The position numbers and the translations under genes are program-made. This document shows, one piece after another, positions 29,872 through 40,418 of a stretch of DNA of 64,000 nt (positions are counted from its first letter, which is position 1; each line of letters begins with the position of its first letter). The stretch spans positions 9,381 to 73,380 of the forward strand of contig LCKO01000001.1 in the NCBI GenBank assembly GCA_001001485.1, in the 5' to 3' direction. Origin of the DNA: Candidatus Collierbacteria bacterium GW2011_GWB2_45_17 (GTDB taxonomy: Bacteria; Patescibacteriota; Microgenomatia; UBA1400; MFAQ01). The notes beneath the pieces were generated by a model. That model had not been told where the DNA came from. It ran no database searches and worked only from the letters and a program-made list of their open reading frames with translations.

Positions 29872-30811
29872 ATTCCCTCTCCAAAAAATACTGGGTCAAA
29901 CAAAAGCGGTATTCACTTTCCCGTTTAAATGGTTTCACCATTTTCTTTTGTTTCTGAGTCAGTTTTTCAAAATCTTTTTCGGTCAAGTGGGCCAGTATCA
30001 GGACATCACTTCGTCTCAGTTCTATACCCGTCTCTTTCTTTATTTGCTCTAGTATCTCTATCTGTACCGGCGCGTATTTTTGATAAACATAATCGGCGGT
30101 GAAAGTACTAAATACTTTATCGGCGATAATTAAGGACAAAATATTCTTAAACCACTTGGTGCCATAAAGAGTCTTTACCGGCTCCCGGGTGAAGGTAAAT
30201 CCAACTCGATAGTAAAACAATCCAAAAGGTTTGCTCATCGAGGTTAATACCGCCACGATATTTGGATGGGTATAGTCGAATTTATGTCTCTTGGTCAAAC
30301 CTAAATATGCCAAATCCACAATTACTTTATGTCCCAGATCCGCAATTTGATTAATTAAAGTGTCCACCAAAATATTTCCATCTCTACCGGATGGATTTGA
30401 GATAAACCAATACCCCGGTTTCAATTTCATTATCGTTTCGAAATCCTCCGGTATTTCTTGTACTTTTAGGCCAAGGCCTACGGCGCATTCCCGATAACCC
30501 TCATACTCTCCCTCCAGAGTATAAATTGGTGACTCCGGATGGTCTTTTTTGATTCTCGAAAGCAGGTGATATATTCCCTCACTCGAGCCACCGGTGGGGT
30601 AGCGGTATTCAAAGCTTTCCAAACCCTGAACGTCTTTTTTATAGAAATTAATCATCTTCTCAATGATTGGTTTCTCGTAGTCATCGAGTCCCGGCTTAAT
30701 CGATTTCAAAAATTCTCCATGTGGGAACTCTGCTGTAATCTCCGAAATCAGTTTCCTAATTTCCGGAAAGTAGTAAGAATAAACGGCTCGAATCGCTTTT
30801 AATTTCTTCAT
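29861..30811 (-). CDS. PLP-dependent aminotransferase class I/II-like enzyme
   Basis: GGSSEGI, ISNPS, VDLAY, SMSKPFGL..YRVG; ATG at 30811 overlaps the radical SAM stop (ATGA). Confidence 0.75.
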   Translation of the reverse strand: MKKLKAIRAVYSYYFPEIRKLISEITAEFPHGEFLKSIKPGLDDYEKPIIEKMINFYKKDVQGLESFEYRYPTGGSSEGIYHLLSRIKKDHPESPIYTLEGEYEGYRECAVGLGLKVQEIPEDFETIMKLKPGYWFISNPSGRDGNILVDTLINQIADLGHKVIVDLAYLGLTKRHKFDYTHPNIVAVLTSMSKPFGLFYYRVGFTFTREPVKTLYGTKWFKNILSLIIADKVFSTFTADYVYQKYAPVQIEILEQIKKETGIELRRSDVLILAHLTEKDFEKLTQKQKKMVKPFKRESEYRFCLTQYFLEREFIA

Positions 30812-31683
30812 AGAATAATTGCCCCTTTGTATTGCCAATCAAATCGAATGTGTCCGTCGGGGAAGAAGATCATCTGTCGAATGTCATCCGTTCCGGGTTT
30901 TATCGTTAGAGCATCTGTCAAACAAACATTTTGTCCGGCGACATCATAGATTCTTGAGTTGTGTTCGTAAGAAAGAAGTAATCTCCCTTCCTTTTCCAGC
31001 CAGTCATTTATGTCCGCAATTTTCTTAGGAGTTAGCATCATCTTCACCGTATCTGTTTTATATTTCTCACTTTCCGAATTTTCCGGCGCAGCCACCGGTC
31101 TCAGAGACACTTGCTCCACTCCCCACTTGTTAGCCATCTCCACCATTTTTTTGGCCTCTTTGGGAGTGTCGATATGATCTTTGATCAGGACTACCGAAAA
31201 TCTTACGGAGTAGCCAATTTTATGCAGTTTGGCGATTATCTTTCCCAAATCCGGATATATTTTTTTACCGGGCACATAATTGGCTCTATTTTTCTCCGGA
31301 TCATAGTGCACCACCGATATCGAGATAATGGACAATCCAAGTTCAAACCACTCTTTTAAATATTTCTCATAACTTTTTTCTTGTTCGGAAAACAAAATAG
31401 CATTTGTCTGTAGTTCCAGAATAGGGAAGTCATATTTCTGAAGGTGTTTCAAATATTCGGTCAGCTGATCGGGGTATAAAGTCGGCTCACCCTTGCCGGT
31501 AAGCAGTACTGTCGTAATGTTATTTATCTGGGCAATCCTACAAGCTTTGTGAAAGTTGTGCCAGTTTATCAAGGTGGGTTTGGTGCCAATTCCCCTTATT
31601 CCCGTCATTTTCGAAACACAAAAGGGACAACTGGCATTACAAATGGCATTCCCCGACACTACCGTAAAAGTCTGTATCTTCAT
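30808..31683 (-). CDS. Radical SAM enzyme
   Basis: CNASCPFC (CxxxCxxC), LTGKGEPTL, ELQTNA. Confidence 0.88.
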   Translation of the reverse strand: MKIQTFTVVSGNAICNASCPFCVSKMTGIRGIGTKPTLINWHNFHKACRIAQINNITTVLLTGKGEPTLYPDQLTEYLKHLQKYDFPILELQTNAILFSEQEKSYEKYLKEWFELGLSIISISVVHYDPEKNRANYVPGKKIYPDLGKIIAKLHKIGYSVRFSVVLIKDHIDTPKEAKKMVEMANKWGVEQVSLRPVAAPENSESEKYKTDTVKMMLTPKKIADINDWLEKEGRLLLSYEHNSRIYDVAGQNVCLTDALTIKPGTDDIRQMIFFPDGHIRFDWQYKGAIIL

Positions 31684-31756
31684 CTTAGTGTATATATTAC
31701 ACTAATAAAGAAGAATTGTCAAATATATCCAATTTAGCCACTATATACCTAGTGGA

Positions 31757-31782
31757 GTATAATCACCTTAGTACATTTCCAA
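31757..31782 (+). promoter_or_regulatory. -10 plus GTACATTTCCAA leader module (copy 1)
   Basis: 23/26 identical to 32290-32315; followed by GGAGG. Confidence 0.7.
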
Positions 31783-31801
31783 ACTCTTACGGAGGTAAAT
31801 C

Positions 31802-32233
31802 ATGTTTGAATGGTTATTTGGTTATAAAATTGATCCTCAAACCACGGTTGAGTGTTGGTTCCTTGAGTCCTATTCCATTACAGAAGAAAGTGCCAAGGGA
31901 AATCGTACTTTGGCCTACACCACCACTTGGAAAGAATACCAGTACAAGAGCCTTATCCATCCGAAGAACAAATTCGGTCCGAAAGATACCTTAGTGGTCA
32001 TAGGTCTTAACGTCAATCTAACCTCAGATTATAATTTTTTCACAAAGGAAGATTTCGAAAACCGAGCCAAGAATGTGCCAATCAGGAACGAAGAGGAGAG
32101 AGCTGCCTGGATCGATCGCATGCTTGAAACTCTTCCTTCAAAAAAAGAAAGTTTGGACAAATTAATTACGAAAATTGAGTCTTTGCGGGAAGGACTTTCC
32201 ACACTCGTCGATGAGCTACATTCACTTTCCTAG
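31802..32233 (+). CDS. Hypothetical protein
   Basis: GGAGG SD, own promoter and terminator. Confidence 0.7.
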   Translation: MFEWLFGYKIDPQTTVECWFLESYSITEESAKGNRTLAYTTTWKEYQYKSLIHPKNKFGPKDTLVVIGLNVNLTSDYNFFTKEDFENRAKNVPIRNEEERAAWIDRMLETLPSKKESLDKLITKIESLREGLSTLVDELHSLS

Positions 32234-32243
32234 AAGATAATTT

Positions 32244-32272
32244 AAAACCCCGATCAATTTTCGGGGTTTTTT
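32244..32272 (+). terminator. Intrinsic terminator
   Basis: aaaaccccga-tcaattt-tcggggtttttt. Confidence 0.75.
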
Positions 32273-32289
32273 GTGCCTAATCATAAAGC

Positions 32290-32315
32290 GTATAATCACG
32301 CCAGTACATTTCCAA
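32290..32315 (+). promoter_or_regulatory. -10 plus GTACATTTCCAA leader module (copy 2)
   Basis: gtataatcacgccagtacatttccaa; followed by AAGGAGG. Confidence 0.7.
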
Positions 32316-32338
32316 TTTATTCTTCCAAAGGAGGCTCT

Positions 32339-33796
32339 ATGAAGCCAAAACTGACCTTGCTCGATGATGAATTGATTGCACGCGTCACTGACGAAGCTTT
32401 TCAATTATTGATGAGTCCGGGAATCAAAGTCCAAAATGTCGAAGCCCGTGAGCTACTTCGCTCCGCCGGAGCCGAAGTCGACGAGACCACTCTGGTTGCC
32501 CGGATTCCGAAATCTCTGGTCTTCACATCCCTCAAAACCGTGCCTCGTCATTTTCATCTTTATGATTATCAAGGCAACCAAAAAGTTCACTACGGCGGCG
32601 ACTCGGTTCACTTCGATCCAGGCTCCTCAGGCACCAATATTTTAGACACGGTGACTTTAGAGCATCGGCCAGCGCAAACTCAAGATCTTCTTCGGGTTAT
32701 CAAAGTGGTCGAAGGTCTTTCCGAGTACGACGCTCAGTCCACGGCTATTGTTTGTAGCGATGTGCCGAAAGAGATCCAAGATCTCTATCGCTTATATCTG
32801 GTTTTACTTTTCTCCGGGAAACCCATCGTCACCGGAGCCTTCTCCAATGAGAACGTCGAGCACATGATCGATATACTGGCCATCATTCCCGGTAGCCGCG
32901 AAAATCTGCGGCGTTTCCCCCGTGCCATATTCGATGTTTGCCCGTCGCCTCCACTCATTTGGTCCAATTTTGGCTCAGGCAATCTTATTGCTCTGGCGCG
33001 TGCCGGCGTTCCGGCCGAAATGGTTTCTATGCCCCTTGCTGGTGTGGCCGCCCCCGTGACCCTCATTGGCTCCGTCACTCAGCACGCGGCCGAGTGCCTC
33101 AGTGGGATCGTCATTCACCAATTAGCCGAAGCCGGCTCTCCCATTGTTTGGGGAGGTGCTCCGGCCATCTTCGACATGCGCAAAGGTGGCACTCCCATGG
33201 GTGCGATCGAGACCGCTATGATCGATAGCTCATATACCCAAGTCGGTAAATCCTTGGGACTTCCCACCCACGCCTATTTAGGCGGTTCCGATTCTAAGTT
33301 GGTCGACGGTCAAGCCGGCTTCGAAAGTGGCATGTCCATTCTTGTGGGCGCCCTCAGCGGTATCAATATGATCTCCGGTGCAGGTATGATCGACTCGCTT
33401 CTTTGTATGAGTCCGGAAAAACTGGTTATCGATGCCGAGTGCATTGCCATGGCTCGTCGAATGCTGAGGGGAATCGACACTCCGACCGAGACTCTAGCCT
33501 CAGGCTTTTATGAAGGTATAGACTTCAAAGGAAACTTTCTCAAGCAGAGAATTACCTCTGACCTATTCCGAAAGGAACAGCATCTCCCCAGCTCGGTAGT
33601 AGATCGGGATTCAGTTCGCGGCTGGAAAGCTTCAGGCAGTCTGGATACTTTTGCCCGAGCCAAGCTCGAGGTTGATAGACTTGTTGCCTCTTATCATCGT
33701 CCACAGCTAGACCCTTCTCAGGAAAAAGCCATTCGCGATCTTGTTGCCTCCTTCGCCCGCGAGGCCGGTATGCCCGCTCTCCCCCCTCTAGACTAA
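32339..33796 (+). CDS. Trimethylamine methyltransferase (MttB) family protein, non-pyrrolysine
   Basis: PSPPL, APVTLIGSVTQHAAECLSG, DSKLVDGQAGFE, SPEKLVID; no in-frame TAG; ATG at 32339 after the SD. Confidence 0.85.
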   Translation: MKPKLTLLDDELIARVTDEAFQLLMSPGIKVQNVEARELLRSAGAEVDETTLVARIPKSLVFTSLKTVPRHFHLYDYQGNQKVHYGGDSVHFDPGSSGTNILDTVTLEHRPAQTQDLLRVIKVVEGLSEYDAQSTAIVCSDVPKEIQDLYRLYLVLLFSGKPIVTGAFSNENVEHMIDILAIIPGSRENLRRFPRAIFDVCPSPPLIWSNFGSGNLIALARAGVPAEMVSMPLAGVAAPVTLIGSVTQHAAECLSGIVIHQLAEAGSPIVWGGAPAIFDMRKGGTPMGAIETAMIDSSYTQVGKSLGLPTHAYLGGSDSKLVDGQAGFESGMSILVGALSGINMISGAGMIDSLLCMSPEKLVIDAECIAMARRMLRGIDTPTETLASGFYEGIDFKGNFLKQRITSDLFRKEQHLPSSVVDRDSVRGWKASGSLDTFARAKLEVDRLVASYHRPQLDPSQEKAIRDLVASFAREAGMPALPPLD

Positions 33797-33839
33797 ATAC
33801 TTGCTAAACTACAAACAAATACCTTAAAAAAGGAGAAAA

Positions 33840-34328
33840 ATGTCTAAGTACTACGACATTGTAGTTATCAAAAGTTTCTCTATGGTTGCAGATGAATCGA
33901 CGGATGAAATTTTCAGAATGAACTTCGCTAAAGATGTCAGATCAAAACGCCTCGTTATAACTCATGCTCATCAATTAATAATTTTTAGCGTAGAGGCTAA
34001 AAGAATTGATCTCAATGCTGTCAAACGATTTGAAAATTTCCTCAGATCAAACGGTTTCACCAAGCTTTTTTCGGCAGTATACTCAGATAAAATGTCTGAT
34101 CTAGACGCCCGCTTCTTTACGATCAGATTGCATTCCAAGAATTTTTCCGATATGAAAGATCTGCTAATTTCCAAAATCGAAAAAGCCATCGGTGGAAAAC
34201 TCAAGGTTTACCACGACGAAATATACTATTTTCATTTGACCAAGTCCCAAATAAAGTCCAGACGTTTGGTTAGGCTAATAGACGATCTAGTCTTCTCTCC
34301 CGCAATCGAAATAGTCATCTGTATCTAA
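33840..34328 (+). CDS. Hypothetical protein
   Basis: AAGGAG SD; terminator follows. Confidence 0.65.
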   Translation: MSKYYDIVVIKSFSMVADESTDEIFRMNFAKDVRSKRLVITHAHQLIIFSVEAKRIDLNAVKRFENFLRSNGFTKLFSAVYSDKMSDLDARFFTIRLHSKNFSDMKDLLISKIEKAIGGKLKVYHDEIYYFHLTKSQIKSRRLVRLIDDLVFSPAIEIVICI

Positions 34329-34354
34329 CACTCCTCACAAGGGGGTGTTTTTTT
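34327..34354 (+). terminator. Intrinsic terminator
   Basis: aacactcctcacaagggggtgttttttt. Confidence 0.7.
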
Positions 34355-34437
34355 GGCACAATAAAGTCTAGCTATTTGCCAGACTCCTTCTTGAAAAACT
34401 TCTTCACTCTCTGGTGGGCGCCTTTTGGGGCACGTTC

Positions 34438-34460
34438 GTAGGGGCGGGGTTTCCCCGTCC
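34438..34460 (+). repeat. GTAG-type REP
   Basis: gtaggggcggggtttccccgtcc. Confidence 0.7.
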
Positions 34461-34497
34461 AACAACAACCCCAAAGAAAATTTGCTAACATAAATTC

Positions 34498-34827
34498 ATG
34501 TCCTCTGTCGATTTTTACCTCGACCATCGCAACAATAGTCCTGTCAGTGACTTTTTAGACAAAAACAAAGAGGTCAAAGTCAAAGCTTTAATTATCATCA
34601 AAAACATCATCGAGTTTGGCCTTTCCACCGCCATTCCCCACATCAAGAAACTCTCGGGTCTTCCTCTCTGGGAAATTCGTATCTTAGGCAAAAGCAACGC
34701 TCGCATTCTTTATGTCCACAAGGTTAAGAATCAAATAATTCTCCTCCACGCTTTCAAAAAGAAAACTAACAAAACTCCCACCAAAGAAACAAACATCGCT
34801 CTCAATCGCCTCAAAGATATCACTTGA
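34498..34827 (+). CDS. RelE/HigB (gp49-like) toxin
   Basis: PHIKKLSGLPLWEIRI...ILLHAFKKKTNKTP. Confidence 0.85.
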   Translation: MSSVDFYLDHRNNSPVSDFLDKNKEVKVKALIIIKNIIEFGLSTAIPHIKKLSGLPLWEIRILGKSNARILYVHKVKNQIILLHAFKKKTNKTPTKETNIALNRLKDIT

Positions 34828-34853
34828 CATCTATATCCTATACGATATACAAT
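34824..34853 (+). promoter_or_regulatory. Internal antitoxin promoter
   Basis: TTGACA-18 nt-TACAAT with ATG 7 nt downstream; inverted repeat TATATC-6-GATATA in the spacer. Confidence 0.7.
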
Positions 34854-34860
34854 TAGAACC

Positions 34861-35139
34861 ATGAACCTCCTCTCTTTTGACCAATATTTATCTGATAGCC
34901 TCAAAGATCCAGCATTCAAGAAACTCTGGGAAAAAGCCGACCCTGAATACCAGCTCTCCAGGCAAATAATCAAGGCCAGACTAGAGGCAAAAATGTCTCA
35001 AAAAGACCTCGCCAAAAAGGCTCACACCACTCAAGCCATCATTTCTCGTCTCGAAAACTCCAGCTTCAACCCCTCCCTCTCATTTCTCAAAAAAATCGCC
35101 ATTGCTCTCAACACCCCTCTCCATATCTCTCTTCCCTAA
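34861..35139 (+). CDS. XRE-family HTH antitoxin
   Basis: MSQKDLAKKAHTTQAIISRLENSSFNPSLSFLKKIA. Confidence 0.85.
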   Translation: MNLLSFDQYLSDSLKDPAFKKLWEKADPEYQLSRQIIKARLEAKMSQKDLAKKAHTTQAIISRLENSSFNPSLSFLKKIAIALNTPLHISLP

Positions 35140-35196
35140 CCTGTAAATCTCTCCCGCTCACCTCATTGGTGGGCTTTTTGTGGTAAAATTAGCCTC

Positions 35197-37317
35197 GTGA
35201 ATATTGTCGGAAAAAAAGTTCCCCTTGATCGTGTTAGAAATACGGGTATTATCGCGCACATCGATGCCGGCAAGACCACCACTACCGAACGTATTCTTTT
35301 TTATACCGGTAAGTCATATAAAATTGGCGATATCGATGATGGTAATACCCAGATGGACTGGATGGACCAAGAAAAAGAGCGGGGTATAACGATCGTCTCC
35401 GCGGCCACCACCGCTTTTTGGACCCCTGTTTTGCCCCATGCCCGCTTCAAAGAAGAGCATCGCTTCAACATCATTGATACTCCGGGCCACGTCGATTTTA
35501 CGGCTGAGGTCGAGCGTTCTCTTCGTGTTCTCGATGGAGGCGTTATTGTTCTGGATGCCGGCTCCGGTGTCCAGTCTCAAACCGAAACCGTTTGGCGTCA
35601 AGCCGACAAATACCACGTTCCTCGCATTGCTTTTATCAACAAAATGGACGTTCTGGGAGCCGATTACATGGCTACCATCAAGGATGTGCATGAGAAACTC
35701 GGTGCCAAAACGGCCGTCATGGCTCTGCCTCTAGGTGTCGAAAACACTTTCCGCGGTATTGTTCTCCTTCTCGAGAGGGAAACTATTGTCTGGAAAGGCG
35801 ACGAAACCGGTGCTCTGTACGAAGTTACCGAAGGCTTCCCTGAGGAGATGAAAGACGAGTGTGAGCTCGAACGTGCCAAATTGATCGAATCCATTGTCGA
35901 ATTTGATGAAGTCCTCATGGGCGAGTATCTTGATGGTCAAGAACCGAGCCTGGACGCCCTCAAGACCGCTCTCCGGACAGCCACCTGTGCCAATCAGATC
36001 GTTCCTGTCTTTCCCGGTTCGTCCCTTCGCAACAAAGGCGTCCAGCCTCTTCTTGACGCCGTGGTTGATTTTTTACCTTCCCCACTAGACAAGCCCACCA
36101 TTACCGGTACCAATCCCGAAACCAACGAAGAGGAAACTCGTCTAGCCGACCCTGCCGAACCTTTCTCAGCCCTAGCTTTCAAGATTCAGGCCGATCCTCA
36201 TGTTGGTAAGCTGACTTATCTTAGAATATACTCCGGCAAAATTACCTCAGGTTCATTTGTTTATAATGCCTCCAAGCGCGAGCGCGAGAGACTTGGTCGT
36301 TTGATGCTCATGCACGCCAACACTCGTGAAGAAGTTAGCGAAGCCGGTGCCGGAGAAATTGTCGGCGTCGTCGGTCTCAAAGCCACCAAAACCGGCGACA
36401 CTCTTTGCGACGAATACAAGCCCTTGGTTCTGGAATCCATCAATTTTCCTGATCCGGTCATTTCTCTAGCCATTGAGCCCAAAACCAAAGCCGATCAAGA
36501 AAAGCTGGATGTGGCTCTGAGTCGTCTAGCCGAGGAAGATCCCACTTTCCGCATCAAAACCGATCACGAAACCGGCCAAACCGTTATCTCCGGCATGGGT
36601 GAACTTCATCTGGAAATATTGGTTGACCGTCTTCGCCGTGAGTTTAAGGTCGAGGCCTCTACCGGTGCTCCTCAAGTGGCTTACCGCGAAACTATCACCA
36701 AACCAGCTCGAGGAGAAGGTAAGTACATCCGCCAATCAGGTGGTCGAGGCCAATATGGTCACTGTATTCTCGTCATTACTCCCAAAACCAGAGGAGAGGG
36801 TTTTACTTTTACCAACAAGATCGTTGGCGGCACCATTCCCAAGGAATTTATCTCCCCAATCGAAAAAGGTGTTCGTGAAGCTCTCGACAACGGTGTTATT
36901 TCCGGTTTCCCTTTGGTTGATCTTGACGTCGCTGTTATAGACGGTTCCTTTCATGAGGTGGACTCTTCCGAAATGTCTTTCAAGATTGCCGGTTCCATGG
37001 CTCTTCAGGACGCCGTCAAAGCCGCCGGGCCGGTCATCCTCGAACCGATTATGAAGGTAGAAGTTACCACTCCCGAAGGTAACATGGGTGACATTATCGG
37101 GGACCTTTCCTCTCGCCGGGCCCAAATCGCCGGTTCCGCCCAACGGGGCAACGCTCGAGTTATCACCGCCACCGTGCCTCTTTCGGAGCTTTCCGCCTAC
37201 GCCACCGCCATTCGTTCTTTAACCGCCGGCCGAGCCAACTACTACATGGAACCCAGTCATTATCAGGAGCTTCCAAACAGTTTGGCGGCCAAGTTATTGA
37301 AAAACCCGACAAACTAG
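35197..37317 (+). CDS. fusA: Elongation factor G
   Basis: [42 protein letters not shown]. Confidence 0.98.
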   Translation: MNIVGKKVPLDRVRNTGIIAHIDAGKTTTTERILFYTGKSYKIGDIDDGNTQMDWMDQEKERGITIVSAATTAFWTPVLPHARFKEEHRFNIIDTPGHVDFTAEVERSLRVLDGGVIVLDAGSGVQSQTETVWRQADKYHVPRIAFINKMDVLGADYMATIKDVHEKLGAKTAVMALPLGVENTFRGIVLLLERETIVWKGDETGALYEVTEGFPEEMKDECELERAKLIESIVEFDEVLMGEYLDGQEPSLDALKTALRTATCANQIVPVFPGSSLRNKGVQPLLDAVVDFLPSPLDKPTITGTNPETNEEETRLADPAEPFSALAFKIQADPHVGKLTYLRIYSGKITSGSFVYNASKRERERLGRLMLMHANTREEVSEAGAGEIVGVVGLKATKTGDTLCDEYKPLVLESINFPDPVISLAIEPKTKADQEKLDVALSRLAEEDPTFRIKTDHETGQTVISGMGELHLEILVDRLRREFKVEASTGAPQVAYRETITKPARGEGKYIRQSGGRGQYGHCILVITPKTRGEGFTFTNKIVGGTIPKEFISPIEKGVREALDNGVISGFPLVDLDVAVIDGSFHEVDSSEMSFKIAGSMALQDAVKAAGPVILEPIMKVEVTTPEGNMGDIIGDLSSRRAQIAGSAQRGNARVITATVPLSELSAYATAIRSLTAGRANYYMEPSHYQELPNSLAAKLLKNPTN

Positions 37318-37384
37318 AGTAAAATCTGCTAAAATAAATAGGCTCGAAAAAAAGTAATTATAAAATATTAAACAATTAAACAAA

Positions 37385-38560
37385 ATGGCAACATATCAAA
37401 GAACCAAACCCCACGTTAATATTGGCACCATCGGTCACGTTGACCACGGCAAGACGACCCTTACTGCCGCCATTACCACTACTTTAGCCACCGCCGGCTT
37501 AGCCACAGCGCTTCCCTTTGATCAGATCGATAAATCTCCAGAGGAGAGAGAACGTGGAGTTACGATTCAGATTTCTCACGTCCCTTACGAAACCAAAAAA
37601 CGCCACTACGCCCACATCGATTGCCCGGGTCACCGAGACTACATCAAAAATATGATCACCGGTGCCGCTCAGATGGATGGTGCTATCTTGGTCGTCGCCG
37701 CTACCGATGGCCCTATGCCTCAAACCAACGAGCACTTGCTTTTGGCCAAACAAGTTAATGTTCCCAGATTAGTCGTCGCTCTCAACAAAATCGACGCTGT
37801 TTCCGATCCCGAACTCATCGAGCTGGTGGAGATGGAAATCCGCGAAAAACTAAAAAAATACGGTTTTGAAGAGGACACTCCCATTATCCGAGTTTCCGCT
37901 CTTAAAGCACTTGAAGGCGACAAAGATGCTCAAGCAGACATCATGAAACTCATGGACACGGTTGATGAATGGATCCCGGATCCGGTTCGTGAACTCGACA
38001 AACCCTTCCTCATGCCTGTTGAAGATGTTTTCTCAATCAAAGGTCGAGGTACTGTGGTTACCGGTCGTATCGAAACCGGTGTCGTTAAAGTTGGTGAAGA
38101 AATTGAAATCGTCGGTATCAAAGATACTCGTAAATCCGTTATTACCGGTGTGGAAATGTTCCACCAACAGCTTGAGCAAGGTCAAGCCGGTGACAACGTC
38201 GGTCTTTTGCTTCGCGGAATCGAAAAGGATGATGTCCAAAGAGGTCAAGTTCTATCCAAGCCTGGTTCGATCAAGCCTCACACCAAGTTCGAAGCCGAAG
38301 TTTATATCCTAGGCAAAGATGAAGGTGGCCGTCACACTCCTATGTTTACGGGCTACAAACCCCAGTTCTTCATCCGCACCACCGATGTTACCGGAGAAGT
38401 CAAACTGGCCGAAGGTGTCGAAATGATCATGCCTGGAGACTACGCCAAGATGTCTGTCGAGCTTATTCAACCCATCGCCATGACCGATGGCCAGCGCTTC
38501 GCCATTCGCGAAGGCGGTCTAACCGTCGGAGCCGGGGCTATTACCAAGGTGATTGCCTAA
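37385..38560 (+). CDS. tuf: Elongation factor Tu
   Basis: [21 protein letters not shown]. Confidence 0.98.
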   Translation: MATYQRTKPHVNIGTIGHVDHGKTTLTAAITTTLATAGLATALPFDQIDKSPEERERGVTIQISHVPYETKKRHYAHIDCPGHRDYIKNMITGAAQMDGAILVVAATDGPMPQTNEHLLLAKQVNVPRLVVALNKIDAVSDPELIELVEMEIREKLKKYGFEEDTPIIRVSALKALEGDKDAQADIMKLMDTVDEWIPDPVRELDKPFLMPVEDVFSIKGRGTVVTGRIETGVVKVGEEIEIVGIKDTRKSVITGVEMFHQQLEQGQAGDNVGLLLRGIEKDDVQRGQVLSKPGSIKPHTKFEAEVYILGKDEGGRHTPMFTGYKPQFFIRTTDVTGEVKLAEGVEMIMPGDYAKMSVELIQPIAMTDGQRFAIREGGLTVGAGAITKVIA

Positions 38561-38594
38561 GACAAAAGTAACCGCACCTTTATTCTTCTAGATC

Positions 38595-38906
38595 ATGACA
38601 GACCAACCACGCATTCGCGTCAAACTCAAGTCATTTGACCATCGGGTTATTGATGAAGCCGCCAAAAAGATTATTCAGGCCGCTTTAGTTTCCGGTGCCC
38701 AAGTGGTTGGACCTGTGCCTCTGCCCACCAAGAAGAAAGTTATCGTCGTTACTGCTTCTCCTCATACGGACAAAGATAGTCGCGAGCAGTTTGCCATCCT
38801 GACTCACAAGCGGTTAATCGATATTGTCAATCCAACCAATAAAACTATCGACTCACTTCAACATTTGGATCTCCCTGCCGGTGTCGGCATCGAAATTAAA
38901 ATGTAA
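38595..38906 (+). CDS. rpsJ: 30S ribosomal protein uS10
   Basis: [19 protein letters not shown]. Confidence 0.97.
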   Translation: MTDQPRIRVKLKSFDHRVIDEAAKKIIQAALVSGAQVVGPVPLPTKKKVIVVTASPHTDKDSREQFAILTHKRLIDIVNPTNKTIDSLQHLDLPAGVGIEIKM

Positions 38907-38938
38907 ATATATGTCGAAAACATTAAATAATTACAAAT

Positions 38939-39505
38939 ATGTTAAATCAAGTATACGCCACCAAAAAGGCCATGACTCAGGCCTTCTCGGAAGGAAAGCG
39001 GATCCCCTTGACCGTTCTGACGGTGGTTCCTCACGTAGTTATCGCCCATAAAACCGTTGAGAAAGATGGCTACTCTGCCGTCATTTTGAGTGTTCGCCCC
39101 AAAAAGATTAAAGAAGTTTTGTCTCACGACGTTCTTGAATCAAAAACCGAAATTAATCTTTCCGAAATTCTCATTCCAGGTTCCACTGTTAGTGTGATGG
39201 CCAGTTCCAAGGGCAAAGGCACTTCGGGAGTGATGAAACGTTGGGGCATGCATGGAGGCCCCAGAACTCATGGCCAGTCAGATCGGCAGCGAGCTCCCGG
39301 CTCCATCGGTCGTGGTACTACTCCGGGTCGAGTTCTTCCGGGTAAGCACATGGCCGGTCGAATGGGAAATACCAACACTTCAGTCAAAAATCTTAAAATC
39401 CATTCTTTTGATCCTGCCACCGGCATTCTTGAAATTACTGGCTGTATCTCCGGTGGTCGTGGAGCTCTGGCTTTGATTACCATCACCAAAAAATATGGCT
39501 ACTAA
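38939..39505 (+). CDS. rplC: 50S ribosomal protein uL3
   Basis: SKGKG, THGQSDRQRAPGSIG, GRMG. Confidence 0.95.
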   Translation: MLNQVYATKKAMTQAFSEGKRIPLTVLTVVPHVVIAHKTVEKDGYSAVILSVRPKKIKEVLSHDVLESKTEINLSEILIPGSTVSVMASSKGKGTSGVMKRWGMHGGPRTHGQSDRQRAPGSIGRGTTPGRVLPGKHMAGRMGNTNTSVKNLKIHSFDPATGILEITGCISGGRGALALITITKKYGY

Positions 39506-40103
39506 AAAACCAACCACCACCATTTCGAACCAACCAGATCTTTCGGTGTTTGCTCAAGTAGAGGTCAAACCCTCCCTAATCACTCAAGCTTTACATGTTT
39601 ATCGCGAAAACAGTCATCGTGGTGTTTCTAAAACTAAAACCAGAGGCGAAATCAATGCCACCAAGAAAAAAGTTTATAAACAAAAAGGTACCGGTAACGC
39701 CCGTCACGGCGCCAAGTCTGCCCCTATTTTTGTTGGCGGTGGTGTCGTCTTTGGACCAACCGGTTTGAAGTCCGCTCCCAAGTCTCTCAATCAGAAAATG
39801 AAAGTCAAAGCTCTGGCAGGCATCCTCAGTCTTTATCAAAAGGAAAACCGTCTATCACTGGTCAGCGCCACCGAAATAAAAGAAACCTCTACCAAGTCGG
39901 CTCAAAAAGCTTTGGGTAGGGATGAGGCCGCTTTTGTGTTCTTCTCCGAAAAACCCGGCCTTCTGAAAGCCGTTTCCAACCTGGAAAATATTATTATTCT
40001 TTCGGCCAGACGCTTAAATGTTTACTCGGTCGCGAGCTCCCCCAAAATATTCTTGACTACCTCGGCCTACGAACACTTGATTACTCGATTAAAACTTATC
40101 TAA
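39495..40103 (+). CDS. rplD: 50S ribosomal protein uL4
   Basis: QKGTGNARHG, GGGVVFGP. Confidence 0.95.
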   Translation: MATKKPTTTISNQPDLSVFAQVEVKPSLITQALHVYRENSHRGVSKTKTRGEINATKKKVYKQKGTGNARHGAKSAPIFVGGGVVFGPTGLKSAPKSLNQKMKVKALAGILSLYQKENRLSLVSATEIKETSTKSAQKALGRDEAAFVFFSEKPGLLKAVSNLENIIILSARRLNVYSVASSPKIFLTTSAYEHLITRLKLI

Positions 40104-40104
40104 A

Positions 40105-40413
40105 ATGTCCACTCCCTTAATCCACCAAAATACCATTCTTAAGCCTGTCGTTACCGAGAAAAGCCACTCTTTAGCCATTCTGGACAAGTATGTTTTTCAG
40201 GTCGACCCGAGTGCCAGCAAGTATCAGATCAAAAAAGCGGTTGAGGATCTCTTTAAGGTCAATGTTGTCTCCATTAATACGATCAAACATGCCTCCCGCA
40301 AAATCAAATCACCCAAAACTGGCCGCCACCTTTCCGTGCCTTCAGACAAAAAAGCGGTTGTTCAGATCAAAAAAGGCCAAAAAATCGAGATTTTTAACTC
40401 TCTTAAGTCATAA
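40105..40413 (+). CDS. rplW: 50S ribosomal protein uL23
   Basis: PVVTEKS, KKAVVQI. Confidence 0.95.
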   Translation: MSTPLIHQNTILKPVVTEKSHSLAILDKYVFQVDPSASKYQIKKAVEDLFKVNVVSINTIKHASRKIKSPKTGRHLSVPSDKKAVVQIKKGQKIEIFNSLKS

Positions 40414-40418
40414 TAAAC

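Noticed and set aside
30808-31683. Prokaryotic viperin call
   Set aside because: Only the generic CxxxCxxC and GEP motifs are visible; I cannot see viperin-specific motifs, so it is left unassigned.
32339-33796. Pyrrolysine-containing MttB
   Set aside because: No in-frame TAG; the ORF is continuous.
34369-34437. Possible minus-strand gene remnant (ERAPKGAHQRVKKFFKKESGK*)
   Set aside because: Too short, with no start codon or recognisable family.
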